Source: Octopus sinensis (taxonomy: Eukaryota). From it: DNA of 64,000 nucleotides. Under the pieces are notes generated by a model. That model had not been told where the DNA came from, ran no database searches, and worked only from the letters and a program-made list of their open reading frames with translations. The DNA is taken from assembly GCF_006345805.1 (NCBI RefSeq), contig NC_043014.1, forward strand, positions 248,001 to 312,000. The letters are read 5' to 3'. Below are positions 32,437-47,800 of this stretch, in pieces (the stretch's first letter is position 1; the number at the start of each line of letters is the position of its first letter). The position numbers were made by a program, and so were the translations under genes.

Positions 32437-35400
32437 CTGAAATTGAAAGAAAAAGATCATTACTTATTATCCAGCAGGGACACACACAGTTTTATATTAT
32501 GTGACCCTTATAAGCTTGGGGCCATAAAGCTAACTCACAAGGATCCATTAGACTACATTAGTCTTCTTCATTAACAAAGTTATTGATGATGATGATGATG
32601 TTGGTTAGGCCCAGATCAGCTGTGATTCAGTAGCTCACAGCTGGTCAAAGACATTCCAGTTATGACCACATATTTTGAATTGAATGTTTCATTTCAAATT
32701 TGGCTGTAATTTGCTGTGCTTGAGAAGACCCGTCAAGCCAAGTGAAATCTTAGTTGTGGCTGGTGTCATGTATCTGGTACCCATGCCATTGGCACATAAA
32801 AAGCACTTTTCAAGTGTTGGGCCTCATGGAGCCAAGGTAGCCAATGCCATTGGCACGTGTAAAGCACCTTTCGTATGTTGGGCCTCTCAGAGGCAATGGC
32901 CTTTGGCATTATGTCGTGCTTCAGAAGACCCATCAAGCCAAGCAAAATCACAATCGTGACAGATACTGGTGTCATCCAAATGGCACCTGTGCCAGTGACA
33001 CTCTTAGAGTGGTTGGCATTAAGAAGGGCAACCAGCTGTAGAAAACCATGCCAAATCAGGCTGGAGTCTGGTGCAGCCTTCCAGCCTTGGTCAAACCGTC
33101 CAACCCATGCCAGTATGGACAATGGACGCTAAATGAGGAGGATTTCCCTCTTTTTAAAACAATTGTGATTTGAAAGAGATTAAACTGTTATTACTAGCTG
33201 GTCAAATAAACATGTACAGCTTCCGTGTAAAGCATGACGTGCTGGATGAAAAAGGAACAAGGGATGTTGTGACTCTCATGCATTTCCAAGAGACACAAAG
33301 GCTCTGACACAATGCATAGCAACTGTCGAACATTGTCACGGAAGAAAACAAGGTTTCTAATCCCAGGCTCAAGAAGTGGATTATGAGTAACTTTTTAAAA
33401 GACACTCCTCCTCTCCACCCAACCACACGCCCTTCTCATCCGTTCCTTCCACACTCCACCTCTTCACTTTTCCTGCACATTCTACGAAATGTCCGCTGTG
33501 CCCAGCAAACCTAAGCATTTGGAGAAAGTAAAGCAGTAAATATCTAAAAAAAAATGTTATGAATGACAAAAGAAGCTTCTCTCTACCAACCTTATCATCA
33601 ATGGTATCAAACTTTGTAAGGATGATCCCATCAATTAGACGTGGATTAGCCATATTCGAATTATCTGCCAAAGCCTGGTTAAATTTGGTCAGCTGATCAA
33701 CAGCTTCGTTTCCAACCAGAGCCTCTCCAACAAACAGAACCAGATCCGGCTGGTTCACTTTAATTAGCTGTAGGACAGAAGCAAAATAGAAAATTAAATG
33801 AAACCTTGAACTCCGTCAGTTTAGAAAAGGAAGATGAATTCACATGGAACCGCAAAACTAAAACACTGGAGGTTCAAGGGTTTACGTAATTAACCCGAAA
33901 TCAAGTAATTAAATTCTTTGGTAAAGCTGTTTTGATCATCACAAATGGCACAGAGGAACAAAAGTGACACTGTTTAATAAAACCATTCCTTACAAGGATT
34001 TTCTTAAGTTTTAACCCCATTTAACGGATTAAATATTTCGGTCTTGCATTGACTGGGCAAATCTAAGTTTACTGCACCCACATACATCTCCCCAACATCT
34101 GACGGCTGTTGGCCCACACCTAATCAAGCAGTCTATGTCGATCCATGCTTATCGTGTACATTAACAGCAGCCATGGAACGTAAATATATTTTCTGTAACA
34201 AAATATAGGAATTGGTTTTCGAGCTGAGATTTTACTGCTGAGGCAACGGATCAAGAATCTGCGACCAACACTTTTTCACAAGTAAAGATTACTTGACGCA
34301 TATTTAAAGTTGCAATGCTGAGAATTTTGTACAAGTACCAGGTGCTATGATTTCAGTTTTTCACTTTGACTAGGAATTGTAACCATTTGTTTTTATACAT
34401 TAGCTAGTATTTTGTTTTGTTTTTTTGGTGAAGACATCAATATACCAGAGACATTTGAAAGACAGTCAAGAAATTGGTGAATCATTTCATAAAGAATGAA
34501 GAAAAAAGCTACTTACTTTTGCCAAAGCTTTCATCAATGGAACATTGTCTTGCATTCTCCCAGCAGTATCAATAAGGACAACATCGATACGATTGTCACG
34601 AGCTTCAAAGAAAAGATTTCAAGAAATCTTCAAATACAAATAACTTGTACACAGCTTCAAACACACACAACAACAAACTCTCCAGCTTCTTCCATGCAAA
34701 ACTCTTAGAGCCACACCTGACAAACAGAAGTTTCTCACAGATTATGTAGCCAGGAGCCATTTAAAAAGATATATTGCTGTTGTTCATGTTGTTGTTATGA
34801 TAAACGAAGTACCAGTTGAGTACGGGGTCAATGTCATTGACTACCCCCAACCCCCAAATTTCAGGCCTTGTGCCTAGAGTTGAAAGAATTATTATTATAG
34901 GGGTGTTTGCATCCCAGCCATATGACTTCAAGAGCAAGTGCCTTCTACTCGAGCCCTGAGCAAACCAAAGCTTTGTGAACGGATTTGGAAGACGGAAACT
35001 GAAAGAATATCCTGTGTGTGCACACCTCCTTGCTTTGACATCTTGGGATGGTTGTAAATGATTGTCACTGTTTTTATACAAGCAATGTCATCTATGTTCA
35101 GTATTCTGTGGAGACATGCCTGACCCGGGGGGGAGGGCATTACTTGGGAACAGGTGGGGGTTGGTGACAAGAAAGACCTTCTGACTCAATAAACTTCCTC
35201 TGATTCATGGGATTTTGTGTTTTGGCAGGGGTTGCATCACACACAATCTTCACAAGATTATTAGTGTAGCTGGAGGGAAGTGGGGGGGGGGCTGTTCCTA
35301 ATGACTCAAAGGATGCAATTAACTTGTCTCTCTATACAGGAAAGGGAGTCAGAATAATAAATTGTGGTAACCAGAGAGGTGTTGATTTACTGTGAAAGGT

Positions 35401-38400
35401 TCTGGCAAGTATTCTTCCATGCCTCAATAAACACCTTGTAAATGGCATCCTCTTCAGAATCTCAATGAGGAGGCTTCTGTTCTTGTAGAAGAGCAACGGA
35501 AGGGATTCTTCACAGTTTGCCAAATGCAGGAAAAGTGCTATGAACAGAACATGCATCTTGTCCAGATTTTTATTGATTTAACAAAGGCCTTTGATATTGT
35601 AAACAGAGCCTCCCTGTGTTCAATACTCAGCAAATTTGGGTCACTTTCTATCAATAATTAAATCAGATCATGATAGGATGGAGGCAGAGGTGATTGTTGG
35701 CAAGGGTCTGGTGAATCCCATTCCTGTAGAGAATCGTGTTAAGCAAAGAACCATCTTCGTCCCGATTCTCTTTTTCTTTTGTTTCATTGTTATTTTCACT
35801 CGTGTTTTTGCTGTGGATTGTTCTTATGGAAGAATATGTAAGGCACAAATCTTCTGGTTGTCTCTTCAACTTGCATAGATTTGCTGCCAATTCAAAAGAG
35901 TTTCAGTTTCTTTTTCATGACCTTTATGCAGCTGATTGCAACTTAGTTGCTCATACAGTTGAAGATGTGCAAATTCTTAAGGATCATATTTCTGCATCTT
36001 GTAAAGCATTTCGACAAGACCGTTGTAATGTTGCAGCCTAAGCTTGGTAACATAAGTTCTGAAAATGGTAGATCATTCTGTCTGTTAGGGCAGCACACTC
36101 AGCCATTCTTGCTCTTTGGATGATGAAATATTTTAAAGTCTTCAGAAAGCAACTAATTCCTTTAGTGCTCTTAAATTTTGTGCCTGGTCCTGACATGGTA
36201 TTACAAGGTGATTCAAGTTGCTGTGGACCCTGCATGTGTACTGATGTCGTTCCTTTACTCATGTGAGACGTGGACCCTTTACGGGTCTTTGAGTGCTTCC
36301 ATTAGAGATATCTGAGACACATTCTGAATGTTGGCTGGTCCTGGTATCTCTTCCATCTCTTTACAAACTGAATTCAAATTCTGCTATGGTCCACTCTACC
36401 TTTCAGGGTCAATAAATGAAGGCCCTATCAAGTACTGAAGTCAATCTCATTTGCCAAACCCAAAACCACACAAATTTCTGGTCCTAAAATTATGAAACTG
36501 CAATTGCCACTATCATCAGCATCATCATCAATTTTTACACCAGAAATTAAATGACTTTAACCAGACAAAAGTTTGACCAGATGATGGTTGTAAGAATTCA
36601 AAGCAGACCACAAATTAGGATAAATAATACATCAGAAAGAAAGATTCTAAAACCAATATTAAGAATTGTATAACAAAAACCCAAATCAGATGATATTCAC
36701 CCAAAATAAATGCAGTCCTTTGAGTGATGGCCAAATTTTTGTGTGAACCCAAAGGCAATAATTCTGTAATTTCTATCATAAATATTAGCTTTAACTGATC
36801 TTTATAAGGTTTTTTTTTTATGAAATCCTCAGTAAATAATGATTCACATTAATTTTGGAATATCATATTTTATGTTTGACCTCATCGGTCATAATAAAAT
36901 TTCTTTTTAAGATTCCAAACTCAACCAATCAGTCATGTCCTTGTTAGAATTGGTTTTGTAGTTAGCAACCATTTATAGAAGAGAGAGAAGTCTATTGGAA
37001 ACTGGACTGAGATGCAAGACCAAAGTTGTTGACAGTTTAAGTTTTTGGAACAGGTTACATGAATAATAATGCAATAGGATAGAGGTTACAGTTGTTACCT
37101 GAGTAACAGTTAGAGCAACCCACACAACAACTGATGCAGTCAGAGCAGTGGTGGTCATGATTGAAATACCTTTTATATTTCTTGTGTGTTGACTTGGGGT
37201 CAGCAGTAACCCAAAGAGACTTTGACCTGGTAGTATGTGCCGTACTTTCAATAATTGCTTTAAGGTGCCTCCATAGTGGAGACACAGACAACAACGTCTC
37301 AGGTCTGCCATCCAGAACTCAACAGACTATCAAAGATAGGGCAGGTAGGGGGACAGAAGGCTACACGAGGAGAGATGAAGTACTTTGATCAAGGATACAA
37401 TAGACTAGCTGAAACCAAGATTGAACCCATGACCCCCTCAACCACCCACAATCAGGGAAGCACTAACAGAACAGCCAAAGTGGAGGTGTGTAATGACGGG
37501 ATGGGAAGGTAGCGATAGAACAGCCATAGTGGAGGTGAATAATGATGATGGGGTGGAATCTCTTCTTTCTCAAAGAAACCAAGAAAACAAATCTGGAAGT
37601 AACTTACCAAAGTTGATTGCCTCCATTGCGATGCTGGCAGCATCTTTCCCATATCCCTTCTCATACAACTGCACCATTTGAACGCCACCATGCATTTCAG
37701 GAGAATGAAGTGCATTCAGTTTACGTGTGTGAGTGCGCAACTGTTCCACTGCCCCTGCACGGAATGTATCACAGGCAGCGATCAGGACACGCAGACCATT
37801 CTCGACCAACCAAAATCCCACCTAAAAAGATGAGCAGACAGGCATTGAGTTCAATCCTTGCATGAACAAACCAACAAGGTGGGACGATAGCTAAATCTCC
37901 TTGAAATCATACAAAAATATTATAGGAAAATTTATAAAGAAAAATTACAGTTAACGAGTCATTTTCTTTTTTAATAAAAATAATTTAAAGAAAAAAAAAT
38001 CTTTGTTTTGACAGCAGCAGATCACATGACACCATTCACAGTTTATGTTAGTCTGAAGATGAAAGTTCGTTAAGAAAAATGATGAGATGAAAAAGATTTA
38101 CCTTGGCCAAATTAGTTGACTTGCCAACGCCATTAACACCACAAAATGTGATGCAGTAAGGACGGCGCTGTTGTTTTGCTTCCATTGCATCACGAAGGAT
38201 ATCAATTCGTCTCCTGGGTGACAGAATTTGAACACAGGATTCATTCAGGGTATTTTTCACTGTCGTTGTGATACCTTAAATAATTGAGATGTTTATAAGA
38301 CACACAGACACTGTTAATGACATGCTTATGAATATTGTCTTGATAAAGCTTCAGGTAACTTCTGCATACAAACTAATAAGCAGGTACACACAGGCCCCTT

Positions 38401-41400
38401 TCACTGTTTCCTTCCTGCTTTTGCCATTCATACTGGAAGTGACCTCTTGACTATTTCTGGTCATTTCAGCCATAAATGGTTGTCCGTGTGTGCTCAGTCG
38501 TTACACACCTCCACTAAGGCTGTTCTTTGTAGTTGTGATAAAAATAAGAACTCATCCCTTAAATAACAAATGTACAAGGAGAAATTCAGTCCACTGATGT
38601 AAGATAAGATCAGAAGGAGATTCCTACATCTACATTGGTGTAAGTAAGGATAGGAATGCTAGCTTTAGTCTAGAATGGGAAAAAATTAGCATAGCTGTAC
38701 CTCGTGTAATAGGAAGCAAAAAATGCAACTTGTGCCTGGAGGAAATTTTCAAGATTTTTACAGCTAAATACCAGTTGCATAATTGGACTGGAACAGGCCT
38801 TAAGATGTCTGCATTTGCATGGGAAGTCCCTTAAATATTTCTATAGTTTAGTATCCACTACACAAATGGGAGTTAAGGGTTAAATGTCAGGAAAATATCT
38901 GGTTTGACTTTCAAATAGCTGTTGATATTCTCACTAAATTAAAATATTCATTTTAAAAATCATAGCAACACATACAGGAGACGTAGACACTACACAGAAA
39001 CACAAACTGATTACAGAGAAATGTTCATCTTGACATCATAAGCTTCTTATATCACAGGTATCTAATCTAATCTGACAGAATTTAATTTATTTTTATCTTT
39101 CTTTAATCCAAGTTAATACCAAGCTGTTGTACAAAACACTAACATAAATACTTTGATCTACTTAAAAGGGTTATGACTCAGTTTCATCCTTAAACTAAGG
39201 TCAAATGGGGTCTTATACAAAGTAAATTTTTATAGCCCCATCCAGTTTCTAAGTCTCCCCTTCACTTTCTTATTTCTTAAACCATAGCAAAGTAACAAAA
39301 CTCATCAGTAAAATCAGTTTGCTTCAAACCACATTTGTGGACAGACCCTGAAGGAAGGTGCATCACTGAAAATAGCCGGAGCAAATGCAACTTCAAATTC
39401 TCTAAGTAGTAGAAACATGTGTTGGTCGTTTAAACTAATTACACTGTATAATTAACTGTAATAACAAAGCTAAAACAAATATGAAGATGTACCAATGTTC
39501 ATTTTCTTTGTTTTGGATTTACACTCCCTAAAATATTCATAATCCAGTGAAGCAAGCCCAGGATTTACTCGTTGAATAGATTAGTGGGATTATCACTGTA
39601 AGTAATCCTTGGTGCTTTTTACTACTTGATGCAGTTGGCCTGAGCCTAGACTATACCTGAGTGCTCATACGGTACCCACCTGGATAATTTATCCACATTG
39701 TACCCATCATATATTTATATGGGTTGTCTTTGTTTCGGCAGGGTTTTTACAGCTGGATGCCCTTCTTAACATCAACCACCTTACAGACAGTGAAACCTGG
39801 TGCAGTCTTCTGCCGAGCCAGCTCCTATCAAACTCTCTAACCCATGCCAGCATGGAAAAACGAATGATAATAATGACCATATAAATACACACACATGCAT
39901 ATCCATACAGCAAATACAATAGATTCATTTGCCAATTTCTGTACACTTACTATCAAATGTTCCAAGCACTTTTCCTTCCAGTTTTGCAGCAACCGATTCA
40001 CAGAGTTTCAATGCAATATCAGATGCTACATTCTTTGCTGGATTAAGGGAGAAAAATTGAAACTTGAAAGAAACGGAGAATTCAGGAAAAAAATTTAATT
40101 ACAACAAACTGTTTACTTACGACACAACTGATTCTTAGTTAAAATATGATACGTAATATTTCCGTGAAATATATTCATAGATTTAAAAGAATCTCTACAA
40201 AAGGAGATTACTCCTGTTCACTGTTAGCATTAGGTAGTAGATTATCTGAGAATGTTAGCTGCGATAGACTGACAGTGTACATTGCCTTGGTAGACTAGTG
40301 TTTTACCCAGGGGTAGATTTATCTTTCCCCAGGAACCATGGTTTTGCATTTACATTTAAAAGCTTTTTATAGCTTAGATGAGACGGTGGCATAAAGAGAG
40401 CTAAAGAAAGCATAAGGACCTGTTATGTGTGTATGCGTTATTGTTTTTCTGTATATTTGTACAGAAATACTGGTGAGAAATATGTAAACACAGACACACA
40501 TATCTGCTGGCAATGCTCCAGCTTAGCCTCAGCCAAATGGATTAATCTAACAAAAGGATTATTATAAAGCAATAGCTCCCAAATGCAAACAGCAATTTCA
40601 GATGTGAGAAGAGCAACAACCCTCACTGAAAGGACCAAAACCACATTTCTATCTCCACATTAGGCCCAAATCAGTTTGTGCTGGGTTTTCTGTTCACAGG
40701 AGGGGGCATGATAGAATCACCACAACAACTATGTCGCACATAATTTATGTTAATTAGAGTAAGTTGGGCAGTCTCCATGACCCTTTATATGGTCTCTCTG
40801 AGACTTGGTGGGGTGTGGATAGATTCCATACAAGATGGCCAAAGCTGAGGTCACAAAAAGAACAGATACAAAAAGCAGAAGCCTTAGATTAGCAATAAGG
40901 AATAAGGATCTGCAGTTCAAATCCAATCAGAGGCTAAACTAATTAAACTGTAATGATTTTAATATTGTAAAAAAAAAAGCTGCTAAATATAATTAATTAC
41001 TCTAAATATGACGATAGATTACTTAAAGAGAACCTTGATTCTATTAAAGTCTACCATAACAAGGTCTGCCCCGACCCCATTTCTTCAGGGTTTGAGAACA
41101 AATGAAATGATAATCTGCAAAATGGTTGAGCAGGAAGTGGTGAGAATACAAGGTTCAAATAGTGGCAACGGCTGAAAGGACTTACCAATTAAATGGTCTT
41201 TCATTTTGTCAACAACAGGTTGAATATCTTCCATAGTCAGTGTTTTAGAACCAACCAAATTCTTGAACATGGTGAACATTCCAAAACCACTGCTTTTGGA
41301 TTTGGCTGTAGAACTGTTGGAGGAGGAGATCAGAGTGAAGACAGATTTGTCACTTTGGTTAGAAAAACACATTACTCTCTAACAAACGCATGTGCTGCGC

Positions 41401-41858
41401 CTAAATGCAAATATACAAAAAGTACAAGTACACATCTGCACATCTGGGCAATATGCACAGAAATGCACATGCCTCAGTGCACAGTATGCATGCATGTAAT
41501 GATCAAAGGTTATATACCTATTCATGCAAATCATCATCATTTAACGTCCATTTCCCATGCTGGCATGGGTTGGACAGTTTGACAGGAGCTGATCAGCTGA
41601 AGGGCTGTCCAGGTTCCATGTCTGCTTCGGCATGGTTTCTATGGCTGGATGTCCTTCCTAACACCAATAATGCATGTTAAAGCAAAATGAGCTGACACAC
41701 GTAACATTACAAATCTATAACATGAGGATTCTGCCTCTCGCTAATCATTGTACTAATGTGGGTAGGACAGGTTTATAAATCTCAGTATTAGCCTGACCTA
41801 ATAAATTGACTTTCTTTGGCATAAACGCTAATGAAACACAACACACGTGCATGCACAA

Positions 41859-41889
<31 letters not shown>

Positions 41890-44800
41890 AACATACAAAT
41901 ACTAAACATGTACAATCTACTCCACTCTTAAGTGTAAAAACACCTAACTTAATCCATTATCTCATTTATTAGAGACAGGAAAAGCTGTGTGAATATATCA
42001 TTTTACATCCATTTTTCCATGCTAGCATGGGTTAGATGAATATATTACTAAGGCCCTTCCAATTGCTTACCCTTTATTTTTCGAGTAAAGGCTCACTTAT
42101 TTTACACATCTTTGAAGATATGAAGTGAGGAGACAACTGTTTGACACAACAGCATATAACAGCCTGCAACATTTGCAGAGCACATGTAGTGGGCTTCTTT
42201 CAGTTTCCATTTACAAAATCCACCCAGAAGGTATTGGTCACTTCGGGGCTAAAGCAAAAGATACTTGACTAGGTTGCCAAGCAGAGGGACTGAACCTGAA
42301 ACCATTTAGTTCTATCATAATGCAGGGCCCCTTGGGCAAGAGCCTTCAGGTACAGCCCTAGGTTAACCAATGTCCTGTCAGTGGATTTAGCAGATGCGTT
42401 TGCATGTGTGGATGTTTATATTCTGCGTCTTGGCATAAAACAAAGAAAAGACACTTTTTAAACACTCCACAGCTCAGAAAGTGTCTTGTAGTCCTCTCCT
42501 TTTGAGGACACAGGGAATGAAAAAAACCCTTGCTAAAAAGAAAAACAGGATAGAATTAGCAGTAGAAACAGCATCCAGTTATAAATTTAATGCCTCAAGA
42601 AATATTCCTCCAACCCATGCAATCCAGGAAAACCAGATGTAAACAAAAAAAGAAACAGAAATCAAGAAAAACAAAATCTCAGTTGCCATCCCTGAAACCC
42701 CTCAGGCTTACCTTTTCTTACTTGGTTTTTGGACAATTTCTTCTTCGATTTCTTCCTCCTCGCTGCTACTCTCCGGTTCCATGTCCTTCAAGTCACCCAT
42801 CATTTGTCCTTTCATATTCTGGGTTAAAAACCAAAAAAAAAGAATGAATAACTGACCTCTTGTGCAATAGCAATCATCATTGTCATCATCATCATCTTCA
42901 GCATCACCAACACTACCATCATCACCACCACCATCATCATCATCAGTATATGAAGGGTTAAAGTGTTTGTTTTGCAACAAGGGTTCACAATTTGTTTCCT
43001 GAGATGGCATCTTGACAATCAAACGTCTTTCACAACAACCTCATCAATCAAGAAACCTTGTCATGGGAAATTTGACAGCTGGAAATGGTCGGAAACCCAT
43101 TACACACACACACACACACAGGTTGGCAGAATGAATGCAGAAATACCATGTGGTATTTAATGCCATTACACTTTTGTCCCTTTACACACTCGACCATCAA
43201 TGAAATCAACAAAATATTGGGATTAATGAAACCTGCTAAAATTGCAAAAGGTGGTGCTCCAGCATGGCTACAATCCAGCAAAAGGTGGTGCTCCAGCATG
43301 GCTACAATCCAGCAAAAGGTGGTGCTCCAGCATGGCTACAATCCAGCAAAAGAATGAAATAGAACAACAGACTTACCAAATCATGTGAAGTGAGGTTTTT
43401 CACCACTTCAGCATCAGTGATGTCACCATTCACTAAACCATTCTTAGAGCTAAAGTCCAAACTTTCCGCATCAGTTTTGCTCACACAGTTGTCCCATTTG
43501 CGAGCGACTTTGCCCTTCTTCTTCTTATCTTCTGGGCTCTTGCTGTTACCAAAAAAGAAAAGAAAACACATTTAGTCATTTATTTGCTCTCAATCAATGG
43601 AATGTGTTTGTGTAAAGCTGTGTAGAAAACACAGCAACCTGTCAAAATTACTAATTTCTCCTGATAGTGAGAAAATTATAAACTGCCTTAATTAATTTTC
43701 AGCCCAAGGAAACAGGGACGAGTGACCGAGACTTTTGGAGATTTACTGTGCTTGAGAAGACATGTGAAGCCAAGTGAGATAATAGTCATGGCTGATGCCA
43801 GTGTTACATAAATGGCACGTGAAAAGCACCCACTATAGTCTTGGGGTGGTTGGCATTAGGAAGAGCATCCAGCCATAGAAACCAGGCCAAATCAGATTAG
43901 AAACTGGTGCAGCAGTTTTCAATCAAACCATCCAATCCATGCCAGCATGAAAAACAGACATTAAATGATGACGATGATGGGGGTTTTATTAGGGGTGTCG
44001 AAATCACTTATGGAGAAACTGTTCCCAACTGTGGTCAACCTACAGTTTCAAATTAATAGCAGAACTTGAAGCAGTTCAGTAGTGCTACACCAGAAAGCAA
44101 GCGTCAATGGAAGAGTTGAGTTACCGAGAGAGATTGAAAGAGCTATGGACTCTACTCCCTGGAGTGATACATGTATTGAAGATCCTGGAGGGGCTGCACC
44201 AAACTTTGGTATCGAGAGCAATACCAGCCCCTGAACTGTACGTCACTGCACTGTTCCAAAGGTCACAGCTATTCCGTCTGAGTGAGGACCGTGCGCTGCA
44301 ATAGGTTGGGATTCAAGGGCCCATGATTATATGATGCCTTGCCAAAACATCTGAGCGATCTTCATGGAGTAGGGGGTAGATGTATGTAGAGAGAAACTAT
44401 GCAGCAGAGTGTCAAAAGGCTTGTATTTTAATTTTGCACCTTTGTGTCTATCGTTTATACTTTAGTCAGAAAAACAATTTAATGAATAATGAATGCAGTA
44501 GGTTTGTTGTCCAAGAGCTGGATTGCTCATTGCTGAAACCAACAAGAGATCCACAATCACATATACAAGAGAGAGAGAAAGTGTGTGTGTGATTGTGGAT
44601 GCACGGATGTATGCGTGTGTCCCCTCATACAACTCATAAGTGCACTTTCAACATTGGCATCCATTGCATTCCCAAAAACAATAGCACCATGCCCACTCCC
44701 AGAGAGAAAGCTAATCTACAACACGTTCACTTTCCTGGTAAAACTTGGTAAAATGAAATAAAAGCCCACAAACCTAACATCTTGTTGTTGTTGTTGTTTT

Positions 44801-47800
44801 GCAGGTTTTTTCTTGAACTTTTTCTCAATATTTCTTCGAATAGTTTCTTCATCCAATTCTCCAGCCGTGTCTTTGATCACAGCCTCCTCTTTCACTGGTG
44901 CCGCTGCCATTTTAAATGCTACTTCAGTCGGACGGACTAAAACAAAGACAACAAACTAAAATATCAAATGAAACAAATATTTCTTAGGTTTGAAGTTTTT
45001 CACTAAACAGAAATATCCTGTACCATGATGCACACACACACACACACACACCAAATATCTACTCGGAACTGGTTACTGCCCAGAGCTGGTCCTTATATAA
45101 AGCAGTTAAGTGTGATTTGAAGGAGATTTGACTGCTGTTTTCAACAGACTGAGAAAACCGACCCTCTTTAGCGAGGTACAAGTGTGCAGAGAATTCCAGT
45201 TACCCTCTCTTAAAATCTCTCCACATTGAGATAAACCAGATTGAGGTTTACCTCAGAATCTCTTCATTTCAGTATGTCCATGCATGTTAACAATACACCT
45301 AACTTTTCACTGAATATATTAAATGCTAACAACAACAATAATAATGTCAAATTTTGGCACAAGGTCAACAATTTTAGGGACACATAATTAGTTAATTTCA
45401 TTGACCCCTGTACTCAACAGATACTTATATTTTACTGACCCCAAAAGGATGAAATGCAAAGAGGGCTTTAACAGGATTTCAACTCGGAATGTGGATGAGG
45501 ATAATCGTTTGTAACATAAGTACAATGACTGAACTTGGGTAGGAGCTCAGTTGACCATTTCAACCTCAGTACTTGACTGGTACTTTATTTTATCCACCCC
45601 AAAAGTACAAAAAAGAAAATTGACCTAAGCAGGATTTGAACTTAAATTGTAAAGTGCTGAAATACCTTCCCCGAGATATCTTTAACAATTCTGCCACCCT
45701 TGGATAAGACAAAGCTTTTTGTATGAGGCGCTAACAATTCAAAAACCTGCCAATCACAAAATGCTGCAAGAAGAATATTTAAACCAATTGAAGACCTGCA
45801 AATTCAGTGAAACCTCAACGTACAGCAATGAAGACTCAGGAAACGCATGAAGAGCGGAAAAGGCCTGAATGGATTTTGTGGGAGAGAAGCTTACAAAGGT
45901 CAGAAAGTAAAAGATTTCTCAGTGTTTCTAAGTGGTTCCAAGCAGATGAAATTGTGAAAGACATGATTGAAGAGCATCATGAAGATAGGGAGGATATTGA
46001 TAATGGAGTGATGAGGGTGACGATAATGGTGGGGGAGGGGGATAAGGGTGGGGGAGGGGGATGAGGGTGGGGGAGGGGGATGAAGGTGGGTGAGGGTGGT
46101 GATCCTACCTTTGTTATTCTTTTCTTCTTTTTTCTTCTTGTCTTCTTTTCTATTTTCTATCATCGACGCCACAGTTTTTTTCGACTTCTGGGATTCTTCA
46201 TAACTCTTCATCTTTCTGCAAAAATAACCAGAAACAATTAACAGAGATAAATAAATAAAAAAACTGAAACTAATTCATAAAATAAGAGATATTCAACCCA
46301 TGGATTTCACGTAAAAAAAGCAAAATATATAAATTCAACATTAGCTAATTTGACACACCCACTGAATCAATATCGTGTTACTATAAACTATTCTCAGTCA
46401 TGTACACAAATGAACACCACAACAGGACTTCCTAGAGTAATTCACTTTGCTAATTAATTGGATTCCTCACACTCTACCATTAAATGCCTGCACTGCTGCT
46501 CTTGCCAGTTACCAAACTAAACCATTGTTTGCTGGGATGTGTTTGAGGTACCATCAGAGTCAGAAAAGTTTCTCCCTCATTGATGTTAGAGACTGGAATG
46601 CTTTCATCATTTGGCACAACACACCACCGCAGGCATATACGAAACATCGCAGAGATTTATGGAACACAGCCTTTAGCATCTAAACCCCATTGGGATATAC
46701 TAAGCACAAACTTTATCATCCAATTTTATATCAATGCTAACCTGGCTAAAACTAATGCCATTTCTATGTTGACAACTCTAAGAAGCAAAGTATATCCAAT
46801 TGTAAAATAATTGCCATTAGTCTATGCAAATGTTTCAATTTGCACAACTATCAACAAAAGTACACAAGAAAAAAATTAATTTCACAAAGTGGACTTGTTT
46901 GTGACCAAATGACCAGTCATTCAGTTCTTAAAAACAGCATACAAGTGTAACATTGCACTACAGATCTCAGTAACACTTTACTCCTTGATAGACATATGTG
47001 TACTTGAAAAAGTACACATCATTAATACAGATATGATACGGAGACCAAAATTATCTCAAAATCTTCTCCACAGCAAAGCCATGACCACCACGTCCTAACC
47101 AATATGAACAGCAGAATAATTATAGAAATAATGAGGAAAAATACATTTCATATTTAATCAAGAAAAACTATGATCAACGTATGGAAGGGGAGATGAGTTA
47201 AGTGATGTGTTGAAGGTAGCATCAGAGTCAGAAAAGTTGAAACCCTCACTGGTATTAGAGACTAGAAGAAGACTTCATCATTTGATACAACACATCAGCA
47301 GGAGATTAGCGAATTAAAGACTCACAATTCAAAGCTAGAAAACATTGAACTTGTTACACTGAGAATCCCAATGTCTCCATAACAAAGCACAATTTACAAA
47401 ACAAAAGCAAAGGGGACACATTTTATATCATAAAAAGTTGCACACAAATAACATCCACTCCATCACTGCAATTCGGAAACCAAAACGGCTATCTTGGGAG
47501 AAGGGGTTGTAGGTCGGTCGAGCTTACATAAATACCATTTTTATTAAGTAAAATATTTTTACAGGAGGGAAAAAATTAAAAGTAGAAATTATTGAGGAAA
47601 AAACCCCCAAATTAGACGTCCAAACGGAGACGCAAATTATCTCAAAATTCTTCTCCCCACAGCAAACAGGCAATTTACCTCCAAATCTTGGCCCCCAAAT
47701 ATGAACAGCCTCACAAATATGTAAAGCAAATAGCTGAGCCTGGTGAACCACGAATAAACCGGTTCTATTCTGATTCGATTATCTTACAACTCCACCCAGG

